From Octopus vulgaris (Eukaryota), in assembly GCA_951406725.2 (NCBI GenBank), contig OX597831.1, positions 64,542,001 to 64,606,000 on the forward strand: a stretch of DNA of 64,000 nt, given 5' to 3'. This document shows, piece by piece, positions 52,596 to 64,000 of this stretch; position 1 is the first letter of the stretch; each line of letters opens with the position of its first letter. The position numbers and the translations under genes are program-made. The notes under the pieces are model-generated. The model was not told the origin of the DNA, ran no database searches, and worked only from the letters and a program-made list of their open reading frames with translations.

Positions 52596-53179
52596 CTCTA
52601 GGTCATGGGTACAGTACAATAGAAGAGTTGATGACAGAATATGAATTGGTGACCTCTTATCTAAAACAGTATCATTTCATGTATGGATGTCCTGAAAACA
52701 TGTAGTGTGTTCCACAAATAGTCAAATACCTCCTTCTCTGACACTCTGCTAAAGAGTTATTTAACAACAATTGTCCTCATTTGCTATCTAGCTACTACTC
52801 CCTTCTTCTCTTAAGGTCAGGCCATTGTCTCTGCATGTATGAATGAAACAAATACTGTTGTATTTATTCTTTGTTTTATTTATATATTAAAATTATTTTT
52901 AATGTTTTCAAGCTATGAGGTTGTTACTCATCTATGGGTGTTGCTTCACTTAGCAAATCCCAAAGTACAAAGAAATGCACAAAAATATTTGCTGATTGTC
53001 TGAATGCTCAGCTAGGACATACACAATATTTACAGTTAACCAAAAAATAAGAGGTTAACATCTATATTTTTTTCAAAATCTTTATAATTACTCTTGAATT
53101 CCTGTGTTTGAAAAATAGTTTTCTTTTACAGAATTGGGATTAAATCCTTCAATATATTATTCAATTATATTAACCCGGG

Positions 53180-53661
53180 AAAGGCGGTGAGCTGGCAGAA
53201 ACTTTAGCACGCCGGGCAAAATGCGTAGCCGTATTTCGTCTGTCATTATGTTGCGAGTTCAAATTCCGCCGAGGTCGACTTTGCCTTTCATCCTTTCGGG
53301 GTCGATAAATTAAGTACCTATTTCTTTATTACCCACAAGGGGCTAAACATAGAGAGGACAAACAAGGACAGACATAGGTATTAAGTCAATTACATCGACC
53401 CCAGTGCGTAACTGGTACTTAATTTATCGACCCCGAAAGGATGAAAGGTAAAATCGACCTCGGCGGGATTTGAACTCACAACGTAACGGCAGACGAAATA
53501 CCGCTAAGCATTTCGCCCGACATGCTAACGTTTCTGCCAGCTCTCCGCCTTATTAAATTAAATACCAGTTACACACTGGGGTCGATGTAATCGACTTAAT
53601 CCCTTTGTCTGTCCTTGTTTGTCCCCTCTGTGTGTAGCCCCTTGTGGGCAGTAAAGAAATA
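53180..53661 (+). mobile_element. Family B SINE with a full family B SINE inserted in the opposite orientation (~53319-53550)
   Basis: Outer TSD TATTCAATTATATTAACCC; inner duplication AAATTAAGTACC / AAATTAAATACC. Confidence 0.88.
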
Positions 53662-55092
53662 TATATTCAATTATATTAACCCTTTATCCAGTGTTGTCAT
53701 TTCTTCTCACCTTGTTAATTGATAATTATAATTAATGATCATTATTTTTACCAATGAATATTTAATAAGCTTTTTTTTTTTCCTAAAACGAATTTGCCAA
53801 ACATATATAACACTACCATCACACGTGTAAGGTGGAGTTCAGGTGGGAAAGTAATGATTTTGAAAAAAATCGAAAGAGGAATGTAGAGATCATCAGCTGT
53901 GGCCCACCACCTGCTCTGTTAACTCTCATGATAGTTAGCTCATCTGGTTGGTGACTAATCGGAAGAATTATGTTAAAATATTCTTGCCTTAAGTCTATTT
54001 CAGTAATTGTTTTATCTCTAGAATCAGTTCTACAACAGTCAACCATCTGTTGTTTCTTTTATTCTTATTGACTGTTTTTCTAATATATCTAACCCCCCAC
54101 ACACACACACACACACATACACACACATGCACAGACATATTTTCCTAATGGTCAGTCTTTTAATGAAGTTATATCCTATCTTTCATGGTGGTTTTTTTCT
54201 ATAGCTATAAACAAAAGTGGTGGTGGTGGTGGAGGTAATAGTAGCGTTTATTGTTGACTATCTTTAGGTAAGTCTTAGTCTAAGAGACTTATGATTAAAT
54301 CATTTCAGTCACAACCTTGTATTTTTTTAGGTATAGTACATTCACAACTATGTCCAGTGTTACCTCATCTTCTAAAAAAATTGTTGAGAGTGATTTGAGT
54401 GAAATTTGGCTGCTATTTCAACAGATTGAGTGACTACATAGTAGCTCCTTTGTTGGGTTGTGCTGGTTTTGTTAAATTTTGTTGGCCATGTTGGGTTTAA
54501 TCTCAAGCTGGCCCTAATTGAAACAATTGTATGGTCAAAGGTGTTCCAAACATAACTACCCTGCTTTCCCATCTTTTTTTAAGACAATAAGATGTAATTT
54601 GAGGAACATTTGGTTGTTACTTCTAGTATGTTGAGAATCCACATAGAGGCTCCCTCATTGACTTCTGCTGGGAAATGGTGATGATAGTATTACTGTTTGT
54701 AACAGTACTGGACAGTGGGGTTGCATTCAAAGTGATTGGTTTGTTGGAGCAGATATCATCCAGTGTTGACAATTGGTTCATACTTGGAAGTAGTATGTTA
54801 AGTTATAAAATGTTCTTAATAATCTGCTGAAGTGCTAGATAATGATAGTAATGAATCACTAGAGTGAAATGACTGGTGTCACTAAGTGCCTGGTAGTATT
54901 GTGTAGAAAAGGTAAATTCAACCAAATTAATGTAAAATAACAGATGGTTTTGTTTGATTTCTGTGGGATGGAAAAATATGTTTTCTGCTGATTTAGCGAT
55001 AACAAGCTTGATTGCTGATAGTGAAACAATGTTCATAAAATATGCGCTTCAATTTTGAACTTTCTCTAATGTTTTCTATTTGTTATTCACAG

Positions 55093-55268
55093 GTTAAAGA
55101 AATGAATTCTGTGCAAAAGTCAACACTATTAGTTCGAGAAGAAAAAGATGGTGACCGCGAAAAAGTGAATTCTTTAGACATTGCCAATTTAGTAGCTGAA
55201 GTAGAACGGTTCACTAAGTTGATTGAGCCTGTGGCTTTTGTGATCTATGCTTTGGAAGATGTCCGGAG
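55093..55268 (+). CDS. ZFYVE27: Protrudin (ZFYVE27)-like gene, first visible coding exon (probable ATG at 55102)
   Basis: Acceptor ttattcacag| at 55092 and donor GAG|gtaagc at 55269. Reads (VKE)MNSVQKSTLLVREEKDGDREKVNSLDIANLVAEVERFTKLIEPVAFVIYALEDVR, which resembles the recalled human protrudin segment FDLFNLVLSYKRLEIYLEPLKDAGDGVRYLLR. Ends in phase 2, compatible with the next exon. Confidence 0.8.
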
Positions 55269-56164
55269 GTAAGCATTTCACTTTCATCTTGAAATACATT
55301 TTATTTGTGTGTGTGTTTGTTTCAATAGCTATAAATATACTCTTTGCTAAGCTGAAGCTGCCACAATAAATAAGGTTACATGTTAGACAATGTCCGTCTT
55401 CTTTGAAAGAAATTGCAATTTTGAAATAGCCACAGCAAGATTTGGAATCAGAGTTAGAAATTATATGCTACTCATTAATTTCCAATCAGTTCAGCATTTA
55501 TTCAAAAGGAGCTTCCTTTAGTAACTAATCTGTTATAGGGATTCCCAAGTAAGAAAAGTTTGGTGTTCCCAAATACTAAGTATAGTACCAATGATATATC
55601 AGTTCTACAATGTATCAACTCAAGCCATTAAGACACAAATATCTCTTATGGCTTTACATTTTTCTTTCTGCAGGTTGAAGGGATTTTGTTAGAACAATAG
55701 TTTTTTTACAGTTAGATGTCTTTACTTCTATCGAACACTCAATCACAAGTTTAATTTATTTTAATACATTACCTAGTCATTACCAGAATATAAAATAAAT
55801 AAGATAAGTGCAGTCTTTACTATCAGTTTTAAAGATAAGATACAGCTATAGTAAGATTTGAACTATTGACCCTTGGAAAGCAGCTTAGCATGTTGACATC
55901 AGTCAGGTTACTAGAACAATTTAATTTTATGTGTAGATGAAAGAAAATACAAAAATATAAAAGCAGATGAAAAATGTTCAGCAGTATGGGGTGCTAAAAT
56001 GTGTTTGCACAATTGTTATTCAGGTTTTATGGGCAGGTTTTTAGCTCCAGTTTCTAATGTTATGCAAATGGGATAAATTTCTTCCTGGGTAGAACGACAA
56101 GGAAGAGCTAACAATCTATAGTTAAAGCAAATAATAGACATTGAGGACCGGTTGTCCGAAAGCA

Positions 56165-56890
56165 ATTGCAAATCCTGAATTAACATCTGCTCTTCTCTCA
56201 ATTCTCGCAAACTCATTACATCCTTTTTGGATAGACTTGTGACTGGTGATGAAAAATGGATCTTCTATCGAAATGTTAAATGTCGTAAACAGTGGCTTGG
56301 TAAAAGGGAAAAAGTTCAACCACAACCGAGAAGGGACCTTCATGGAAAAAAGGTTCTTCTCTCTATCTGGTGGGATTGCAAAGGAGTAATTCACTTTGAA
56401 TTGTTACCACCTAATGCAACAATCACTGCTCAAGTCTACTGTCAGCAATTAGAGCGTTTGAACCAGGGTTTGAAGAAAAACAGGCCCACTTTAGTGAATC
56501 AAAAAGGAGTGATGTTTCATCAGGACAATACATGACCCCACACTGCAAAGATCACATCACAGAAGATCAAAGAGCTTGGTTGGGAAAAAATTCCTCATCC
56601 ACCTTATTCTCTTGACCTTGCTCCTTCAGACTACCATTTGTTTTGTAGTTTACAGAATCATTTGGGGGACATAACTTTCGCAAGCCAGGAGGAGGTCGAA
56701 ACTGACATTTCAGAGTTCTTCGCTTTGAAACCAAAAGAGTTTTACATTGATGGGATTAAAAAGCTTGTAAATAGATGGAAGTCATAGATAATCAAGGAAA
56801 GTACATTGAAGATTAAATTTCAATTAAATATAACATTTGATCACTTTTTTTCTTTATTCAAAATCCGGACAGAACTTATAGTATGGCTTG

Positions 56891-56892
<2 letters not shown>
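56165..56892 (+). mobile_element. 5'-truncated mariner (DD34D) relic in a protrudin-like intron
   Basis: LVTGDEKW, KVLLSIWWD, FHQDNT*PH and HPPYSLDLAPSDYHLF motifs, with an in-frame stop; right TIR-like end near 56890. Confidence 0.9.
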
Positions 56893-56927
<35 letters not shown>

Positions 56928-58894
56928 GTGGCAGACTGGGTCTCAAAGCATTGGTTGCCAGGAGACTAAGGGGGCCCACCTGCAACTACAATGCTATCAT
57001 TTGATTATTATATCAAATAAATGAAATTTTCAAAAAGTGAAAAAAAACTAGTACATTGTTAGGATTACTAGGATAAATATACTAGGATTATATCCCTCTA
57101 TTATTGTGGGTGTTACATTCCAAAACCCCCAGCAACAGGTGAAAATCCACAAAGTAGAAACAGTACTGTATATTTTTTTGTTATTTTTATAATTTATATA
57201 TATTTTTCTATATCTATAAAAGGGAGTTTATGTGTGTGTGTGTGTGTGTGCGTATGTTCCTTATGCATTCCAAAACCGAGTTACCGATTTTGACATATGG
57301 AGTGTCAAAAGATTCAGTACTCTTTCGGCTTTGCTTTCATTCACATATTTGCATGACAAAAATTTAACATTACAATCTTTTCCAAAAGTCAACTATCCTA
57401 AACATTTTATATGATGATAATGACATCACATTTTCTATATGAGAGTGTACCTTAAAAGACATCCATCATCATGACACAGACCTTCACTCACTCTCTCTCT
57501 CTCTTTCTCACTCACGCACGCACACACACACACACACACGTCCATTTCATATACACGTACATACATCTTTCACTTTGTCATCTCCTTCACTTTCTGCCCT
57601 CTCCTCCCTTCTCGTGTTCTCTTTTCTTTCAATTTCTGCTCCCTTCAAAGCATAAAGAAATAATTTTTTACGGAATGAGCACGAGAAACACAGAATGAAA
57701 GAAAAGACAGAGAGACAAGAGAAAGACACAGAGACAGAAAAGAAATTTCTATAGGAGAAAATTAAAGACAGGGAGAGTGGGTGAGAGAGAGAAATACTGA
57801 TGTTTCACACCCTAAGTATGTTCTATGGTTGAAAGTGAAAGAAAGCTGACAGAAAGTTGATTATGTATGTTCTATATGTGAAGGTGAAAGAAATCCGGCA
57901 CAAAGAGAGTGGGAAAGTGGGAGAGAAGGAGATGCTGAGAACCTCAGAAGCGAGATTGGGTCTCACAATTTTCAGGTCATTTTCACTTTAATCCCATGTT
58001 TCATGCATGTGTAGAATTAAGCATTATCTCTCTCTCTCTCTTTTAATTTCTCATAATAATGTATGGAGACCTTATGCTGTCAGCATGTTCACTAACTTAA
58101 TTTCCTTCTTTTGGAATTAAGAAAGGTATGCAAAAATAACTTACTTTGGCACGCGTGCACACACAAAGTTCTGATGAATTACGTTATTTCTTGCTGTGCG
58201 CTAAATTACAGCTCAGATCCTATGGAAATTACCTTTCCCTATTCTGTCATTTCTGTTTGTGATGAGCATATTTCAAAACCTGATCTTCTATTTAAACTTA
58301 CAAGGAAGTTATCACAGAAATCCTGTCCTTTCCCTGTTGCTTCTAGCATGACCAAAATGACATTTGTATACTGCCCCCCACCTCCTATTTCTTTCCTCAA
58401 TTTTCTCACATTCCTATGTTTTCCATACAGGAGATTTGCATTTGGCCCCAAAGTGGATAGCTGATGGGTGACTGAGGTGGGAGAAGGGGCATTCAGTATT
58501 TCTTTCAGAAAAATTAAACTTTCAAAAACAAATATTTTTCTGCATTCGTAATCTCTACATTTTTCCTTGTGGATAGAAAACAAAATCCCGAAAACAGTTA
58601 AAAATTAGGAAATTTCAGTGGGGAGGGGGGAAATTATAATTTTGAAAATGTGATTTCCGGGCAAGAACATGTTAACCCCTTTTTATTCAATGAAACAGTA
58701 CATAGTTTGTGATCCTTCTTAAGAACACAAATCACTTTCATGCAAGTTATACCCCCCCCCATCTTTACTTCTGGACAAACAATAACTTCCATTATGACAG
58801 TCATCCATTCCACTATATATCGGCTAACAGAATGCATTATGCTTATCAACACAGAACATAGCCACAGAACATATATATATATATATATATATCT

Positions 58895-59646
58895 CGACAG
58901 AGCGTTAGCACCTTGAGAGAAATGTTGTACCTAAGAAGCATCAGTTGTGGTGTGCAAGAGAGACGATTGCGCTGGTATGGTCATGTGGCGAGAATGGATG
59001 GACACAAAGACCTGTTGAGGCAAGCGAAGTCGATATAGAACCTCATCCGACGACAGGCACCCATGCCAACCCCCCTTTGCTTGCGAAGACATGTTGGGGC
59101 AAGCGAAATCGAAATCGAGTTGAACCAGCCAGGATCCCTGGTCTGGTGGTACGTAAAAAGCACTATCTGACTCGTGGCCGATGCCAGCGCCGCCTCCACT
59201 AGCTTCCGTGCCGGTGGCACGTAAAATACACCAATCCGACCGTACGACAGGCACCCATGCCAACCCCCTTTGCTTGCGAAGACATGTTGGGGCAAGCGAA
59301 ATCGAATTGAACCAGCCAGGATCCCTGGTCTGGTGGTACGTAAAAAGCACTATCCAACTCGTGGCCGATGCCAGCACCGCCTCGACTGGCTTCCGTGCCA
59401 GTGGCACATAAAATACACCAATCCGACCGTGGCCGTTGCCAGCCTCGCCTGGCACCTGTGCAGGTGGCACGTAAAAAGCACCCACTACACTCACGGAGTG
59501 GTTGGCGTTAGGAAGGGCATCCAGCTGTAGAAACATTGCCAGATAAGACTGGAGCCTGGTGCAGCCTTCTGGCTTCCCAGATCCCCGGTCGAACCGTCCA
59601 ACCCATGCTAGCATGGAGAACGGACGTTAAACGATGATGATGATGA

Positions 59647-59650
<4 letters not shown>
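58895..59650 (+). mobile_element. RTE ORF fragment fused to a family C element with a ~194-bp internal tandem duplication
   Basis: ERRLRWYGHVARMD at ~58958-59000; ACGACAGGCACCCATGCC repeated at 59050 and 59244; (GAT)n tail. Confidence 0.75.
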
Positions 59651-59703
<53 letters not shown>

Positions 59704-60700
59704 CGTAGGAGTGGCTGTGTGGTAAGTAGCTTGCCTATGAACCACTTGGTTCCGGGTTCAGTCCCACTGTGTGGCACCTTGGGCAAGTGTCTTCTACTAT
59801 AGCCTCGGGCCGGCCAAAGCCTTGTGAGTGGATTTGGTAGATGGAAACTGAAAGAAGCCCGTTGTATATATGTATATATATATATGCTTGTGTGTATGTG
59901 TTTGTCCCCTCCCCCCCCAACATCGCTTAACAACCGATGCTGGTGTGTTTACGTCCCCGTAACTTACCAGTTCAGCAAAATAGACTGATAAAATAAGTAC
60001 TAGGCTTACAAAGAATAAGTCCTAGGGTCGATTTGCTCGACTAAAGGCGTTGCTCCAGCATGGCCACAGTCAAATGACTGAAACAAGTAAAAGAGTAAAG
60101 AGAATATATATATGAGTGCTAATGTTGGGGGCTGACTGTTAACTGTTGGGTGATGGCTGTTATTTCTAGCATTGGAGGTCAACAGTTGTACATAGAAAAA
60201 TAGCGACAAAATATGTTTAGGTTTTAATGAAAAAACTTTGTTCCTTGTGAGAGAGTGTGGATGTTATAGTAATTGGTGTATGAAATAATATCATATATGT
60301 TGAGTTTTAGATGTTATTGTAATTGGAATAGTATTAGAAAAGTTGATGCTAGTCATTGTGTTGCTGTGGATAGTTTGTCATGATGATATCACCTAAATTC
60401 AGCCGCTGCCCATGTCTATTCACTATTTCATCTATTGGTCATCTCTGCAACACCCCAAATCTCTCTCTGCATTCTCTGGGTATGGTGGTCATGTGTGTTG
60501 ATTTTAAACTAATCGACAAGCTCTGAAATGATGGTGCTAAAAGTGGTATTTGGCACTGGAGCCTGTTCTACATGAAGTCGTGATTGGTCAGATCACGTGA
60601 GCAATATTCTTTCCAGGTGAAATTGTTTCACCAATCTAGGAATGTATACAACAAAGCAGTCTCTTGTCTTCTGACTAATTACTACCTATTTTATTAGATA

Positions 60701-61046
60701 CAGGTCATAGTGCTAGTGCATGCATACACAGCTGCGTGTGTGCGCACATACATGCGAGTACTGTCCAAATCTCCAACCAATCACATACAGCTAGCTGGCA
60801 TTCAATTGGTCTATCAAGTTTCAGGCATTTTGATTGGGTTTTGGATAGAAAATTCACAAAAAAGTCACTTCTATTGATTTTTTAATGGCTTTGCGGGGTG
60901 ACTGGGGAAATGTAAAGATGTGCACGACCACCCTTGGATGGTTGTGAATGACCATAGAAAGTGCGAGCCCTCTAACTGAAAAATTGTGGATTTGTATAAA
61001 GGACACACACACAGACATTTTGCCATTTATATATATATATATATAG
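60701..61046 (-). mobile_element. Helitron-like element, copy 2 (3' hairpin truncated)
   Basis: Reverse complement of 19139-19475; begins TCTATATATA on the minus strand. Confidence 0.7.
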
Positions 61047-61196
61047 AGAGAGAGAGATTCTTCCACAGTACTCTTGTCTGTCTGATATTTTACTTCCCAG
61101 ATTTTACCTACAAACTAATCTAATTTCATAACAGTGTCCAGTTTAAAAGAAAAAAAATGTTACCTTGATTGTCAAGAGGTTTTCTTTCTGTTGTAG

Positions 61197-61267
61197 ATGG
61201 CGTAATCCAAACCTGACAATTGCTTTGTGGATCTGTTGTAACATCGGATGTTTTGTTTTGTCTAAAG
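61197..61267 (+). CDS. ZFYVE27: Protrudin-like gene, 71-nt internal exon (absent from the ORF track)
   Basis: Acceptor tttctttctgttgtag| and donor AAAG|gtattg. Phase 2 in, phase 1 out. Encodes (R)WRNPNLTIALWICCNIGCFVLSK, colinear without gaps with recalled human RWQMPLCSLLTCLGLNVLFLTLNE. Confidence 0.8.
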
Positions 61268-61782
61268 GTATTGTTCACAATATTTTTACAATAACATCTT
61301 CCTAACATTTCTCTGGAGCAGTGTCTCTCCATTCTTTTGATAATGTGGTACACTGGCAGATAAATAATTTATTGACACGCTTTCACATAGATACGTAAAG
61401 GAAAAAAACAAACAAACAACTGTTTTAAAATTAAAAATCTGTAAAAATAAATAATATTTTGTTTTATAAGTAATACAAAATTATGTATAACAAAATTATG
61501 AATTACAGTTTCAAAACTGAAGCATTAGTTTGGATTTTCTGAAACCTTAAATTATATTTTTAAAAATCTGTGGTGCACCATTTCAGAAACACCATTGGTG
61601 TTTTAATAATTTAATGTTCTAGATATGCATTTTAAGAAAAATAGGATAGAGAACAGAAATCGAAGCAGAGGGTTGTAAACCTGTTTGGATTGAACTGTAA
61701 GATGTTGATTAGTGTCAATGGATGGTTGATGGTAGACAGTGTAGGACGGAGAGAATGGACAGCAGTAATATAATTCTTTTAA

Positions 61783-62004
61783 CCCTTTCGTTACTGCATT
61801 TATTTTGAGATGCTCTGTGTTTCTTTCAATTAATTTTAAATATTAGAAAGAATTTAGTAAAATAACTTAGTTATCATTAATCTGGTGATAGGAACATAAA
61901 TTGTGACAATGGTTTGGTGGAAGATTTTAATTCAAAACTTATGAAAACAAGACATTTGTACCACTGAGCCAGAGCCGGTTTCAGCCGGGTTGGTAATGAA
62001 AGAG
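61783..62004. mobile_element. piggyBac-type MITE, copy 2
   Basis: TTAA flanks; homologous to 5482-5695. Confidence 0.85.
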
Positions 62005-62383
62005 TTAAAAGATTATATTACTGGATTGTATATACAAGAGAAAGGAGTAGTGCCTTTGACATTATAAATCTCACAGGCTCTCCAAGACTGTTCAGATTGA
62101 TACAGTTAATGTCTTGTTTGAACCACTAGAAATCTATGTCTTCTGCAAAAACATGAAGGGGAGAGGAAATCCATTGGCATCTCACTGCAAAGCAGGAGGA
62201 ATGGACTTAATGATTAGTGTGGGGCCATGCAATGGGACAAAATGAGGAGAGAGGTTGGTGTATACATATTTTTGTTGTTTAGACCCAGTTCAGCTCTGAT
62301 TAAACTGAGGCATGATCATAAACTTTCTCATCCTGTCTTTTTTGTTTGTCTGTGATCACATTGTCCTTGCCATTTCTTTTAAT

Positions 62384-62758
62384 TCTTTTCTGCTCTAGGC
62401 ACAAAGCCCAAAATTTTTAGGGAGGAGCCAGTTGATTAGATTGACCTCAGTACGCAACTGGTACTTAATTTATCGACCCCGAAATTTGGAATTTGAACTC
62501 AGAATGTAAAGACAGATGATATACCTATTTCTTTACTACCCACAAAGGGCTAAACACAGAGGAGACAAACAAGGACAGACAGACGGATTAAGTTGATTAT
62601 ATCGACCCCGGTGCGTAACTGGTGCTTAATTTATCGACCCTGAAAGGATGAAAGGCAAGGTTGACCTCAGCGGAATTTGAACTCAGAACGTAGCGGCAGA
62701 CAAGATACCGCTAAACATTTCACCTGGCGTGCTAACATTTCTGCCAGTTCACTGCCTT
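62384..62758 (-). mobile_element. Family B SINE hetero-dimer
   Basis: On the minus strand: head, body, GAAATA tail, GGTAT junction at ~62525, then a second body with the alternative CTTTGTGCCTAGAGCAGAAAAGAATT tail. Confidence 0.8.
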
Positions 62759-62988
62759 TTCTTTTAATTGTGATTTGTAGAAGTGGTTACTATTTCTAGC
62801 AATTCATGCAACCACATAATCTCTCTCATGGGTTGATGTATATTTAGTGTTAGTAGACATTGTTCTATGGGAATTGATAAAGGGTTTTTAAAAAAAATTT
62901 TTTTTTTACTTGGAAATGGGTTTAGTGAGTGATGATCAGTTGAACATTTTTGTTGTTTGTAATGAAATCTGTTACTTCTATCTTTCAG

Positions 62989-63169
62989 CTGCCTTCTTTG
63001 TTTTAGTGTCTTTACTTGTCGTAGCTGTTGCTACTCTATCACTCGTTCATATACACACACGTATATTTGACACTATACTGCCTGAAAGCCACAGAGAATG
63101 TTATCTTCCTGGAGACAACAACGGGGACGAAGAAATATGTCAAAATACTGTTAGAGAATTCCAATACAG
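62989..63169 (+). CDS. ZFYVE27: Protrudin-like gene, 181-nt internal exon with a hydrophobic membrane segment; gene continues beyond the window
   Basis: Acceptor ttctatctttcag| and donor CAG|gtaaac. Phase 1 start fits the previous exon. Encodes (A)AFFVLVSLLVVAVATLSLVHIHTRIFDTILPESHRECYLPGDNNGDEEICQNTVREFQY. Confidence 0.8.
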
Positions 63170-63303
63170 GTAAACTATTTTCATTGTTCATTAAATACAT
63201 CTATTCCATTGTGACATTGTTATAGAAGTCTCACAGTTGTGGCTGCACAACTTTGTATGATTCAGCAACAAAACACAGCCTCCTCTAATCTAGCAGCATC
63301 ATG

Positions 63304-63717
63304 GGATCTTTTCGGTTTGAACGGCAGTTTTTTCTAGCAGTGTCATATGAAATTGTCACCCATAATTATGACCCTACTAGTATCGATCTATTGCATTTCA
63401 ATCAGTTTTAGGGTTAGGGGTGGGGGAAGGGTATCTTTTTTCCTTCACAAATGTAAATAAACCCAATCTGTTTCTTAAACGAGGGACATATTCATACGGC
63501 ACAGAATGTTTTTTTTACCTCAATAGACGTCAGTGATTGGTTGAAATTGTAGAAATTGAAGAAAAAAACAACAAATATCTTACAAACTATAGAATTTTCT
63601 CAATAAAGCCAAGAGAAAAAGATGTTTTATAAACACATTCTACCAGTATATGAAGTTTAAAATTTTTTAGTTACCTAGAAATTGTGTTAAAAACTGCCAT
63701 TCAAACCGAAAAGATCC
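63304..63717 (-). mobile_element. GGATC-terminal telomeric-repeat MITE, copy 4
   Basis: Inverted relative to the other copies; TSD GCATCATG / ACATCATG; internal TTAGGGTTAGGG. Confidence 0.9.
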
Positions 63718-64000
63718 ACATCATGGTAAATGACTGACTAAAATGATTATGTTATTGTATTCCAGAAAGGTGTTTACATTTATGGTGTGCGTGATATTTA
63801 CTGAAATTATATATCAGTCATGTTGGCTGTCATTAGTAAAACTGTTTGGGTGACAATGAATATTTGGGATTTTTGAGTCTTCATTAAAATCATTTTACTG
63901 CTAGCAAAGAGGTGTTATTTGTATGTGATGTGGTGCTAATGTGTGTATGGAGGGTTTGAAAATCAGTTGCCATATAAAATCTCTTAATTCTCCATTGTTG

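Noticed and set aside
57085-58860. Possible Tigger-like end followed by a Helitron-like element
   Set aside because: Only partial termini are visible; no matching end or TSD could be confirmed.
54-63225. Most ORFs in the supplied track (e.g. ...SVSVYQIHSQG..., ...RKDERQSRPRRNLNSE..., HTHT/YIYI-rich ORFs)
   Set aside because: They are translations of SINEs and microsatellites that recur at each repeat copy, not genes.

Overview
AT-rich, repeat-dense eukaryotic DNA. The SINE families, the Penelope-like, RTE and L1/Tx1 debris, and the microsatellite load point to an octopus (coleoid cephalopod) genome; this is inferred from repeat content. The only host coding sequence I can support is three spliced + strand exons (55093-55268, 61197-61267, 62989-63169). 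They join in frame into the N-terminal membrane region of a protrudin/ZFYVE27-like protein, and the gene runs off the right edge. The first ~55 kb is non-coding (5' intron or intergenic) and holds at least four SINE-like families, a decayed L1/Tx1-type LINE, RTE and Penelope fragments, DD41D and DD34D Tc1/mariner relics, hAT and piggyBac MITEs, Helitron-like elements, and a four-copy 8-bp-TSD MITE carrying telomeric repeats. The most interesting signal is a tRNA-derived SINE whose 3' end resembles the L1/Tx1 LINE 3' end and which repeatedly sits at one fixed site (|GGTAYTT) inside other copies of itself, building concatemers. Also notable: three minimal hammerhead-ribozyme-like motifs, several long hairpins and local inverted duplications, and a CpG-rich insert inside a SINE. 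Repeat boundaries were read by eye (about +/-10 bp unless TSDs are given), and no database searches were run.
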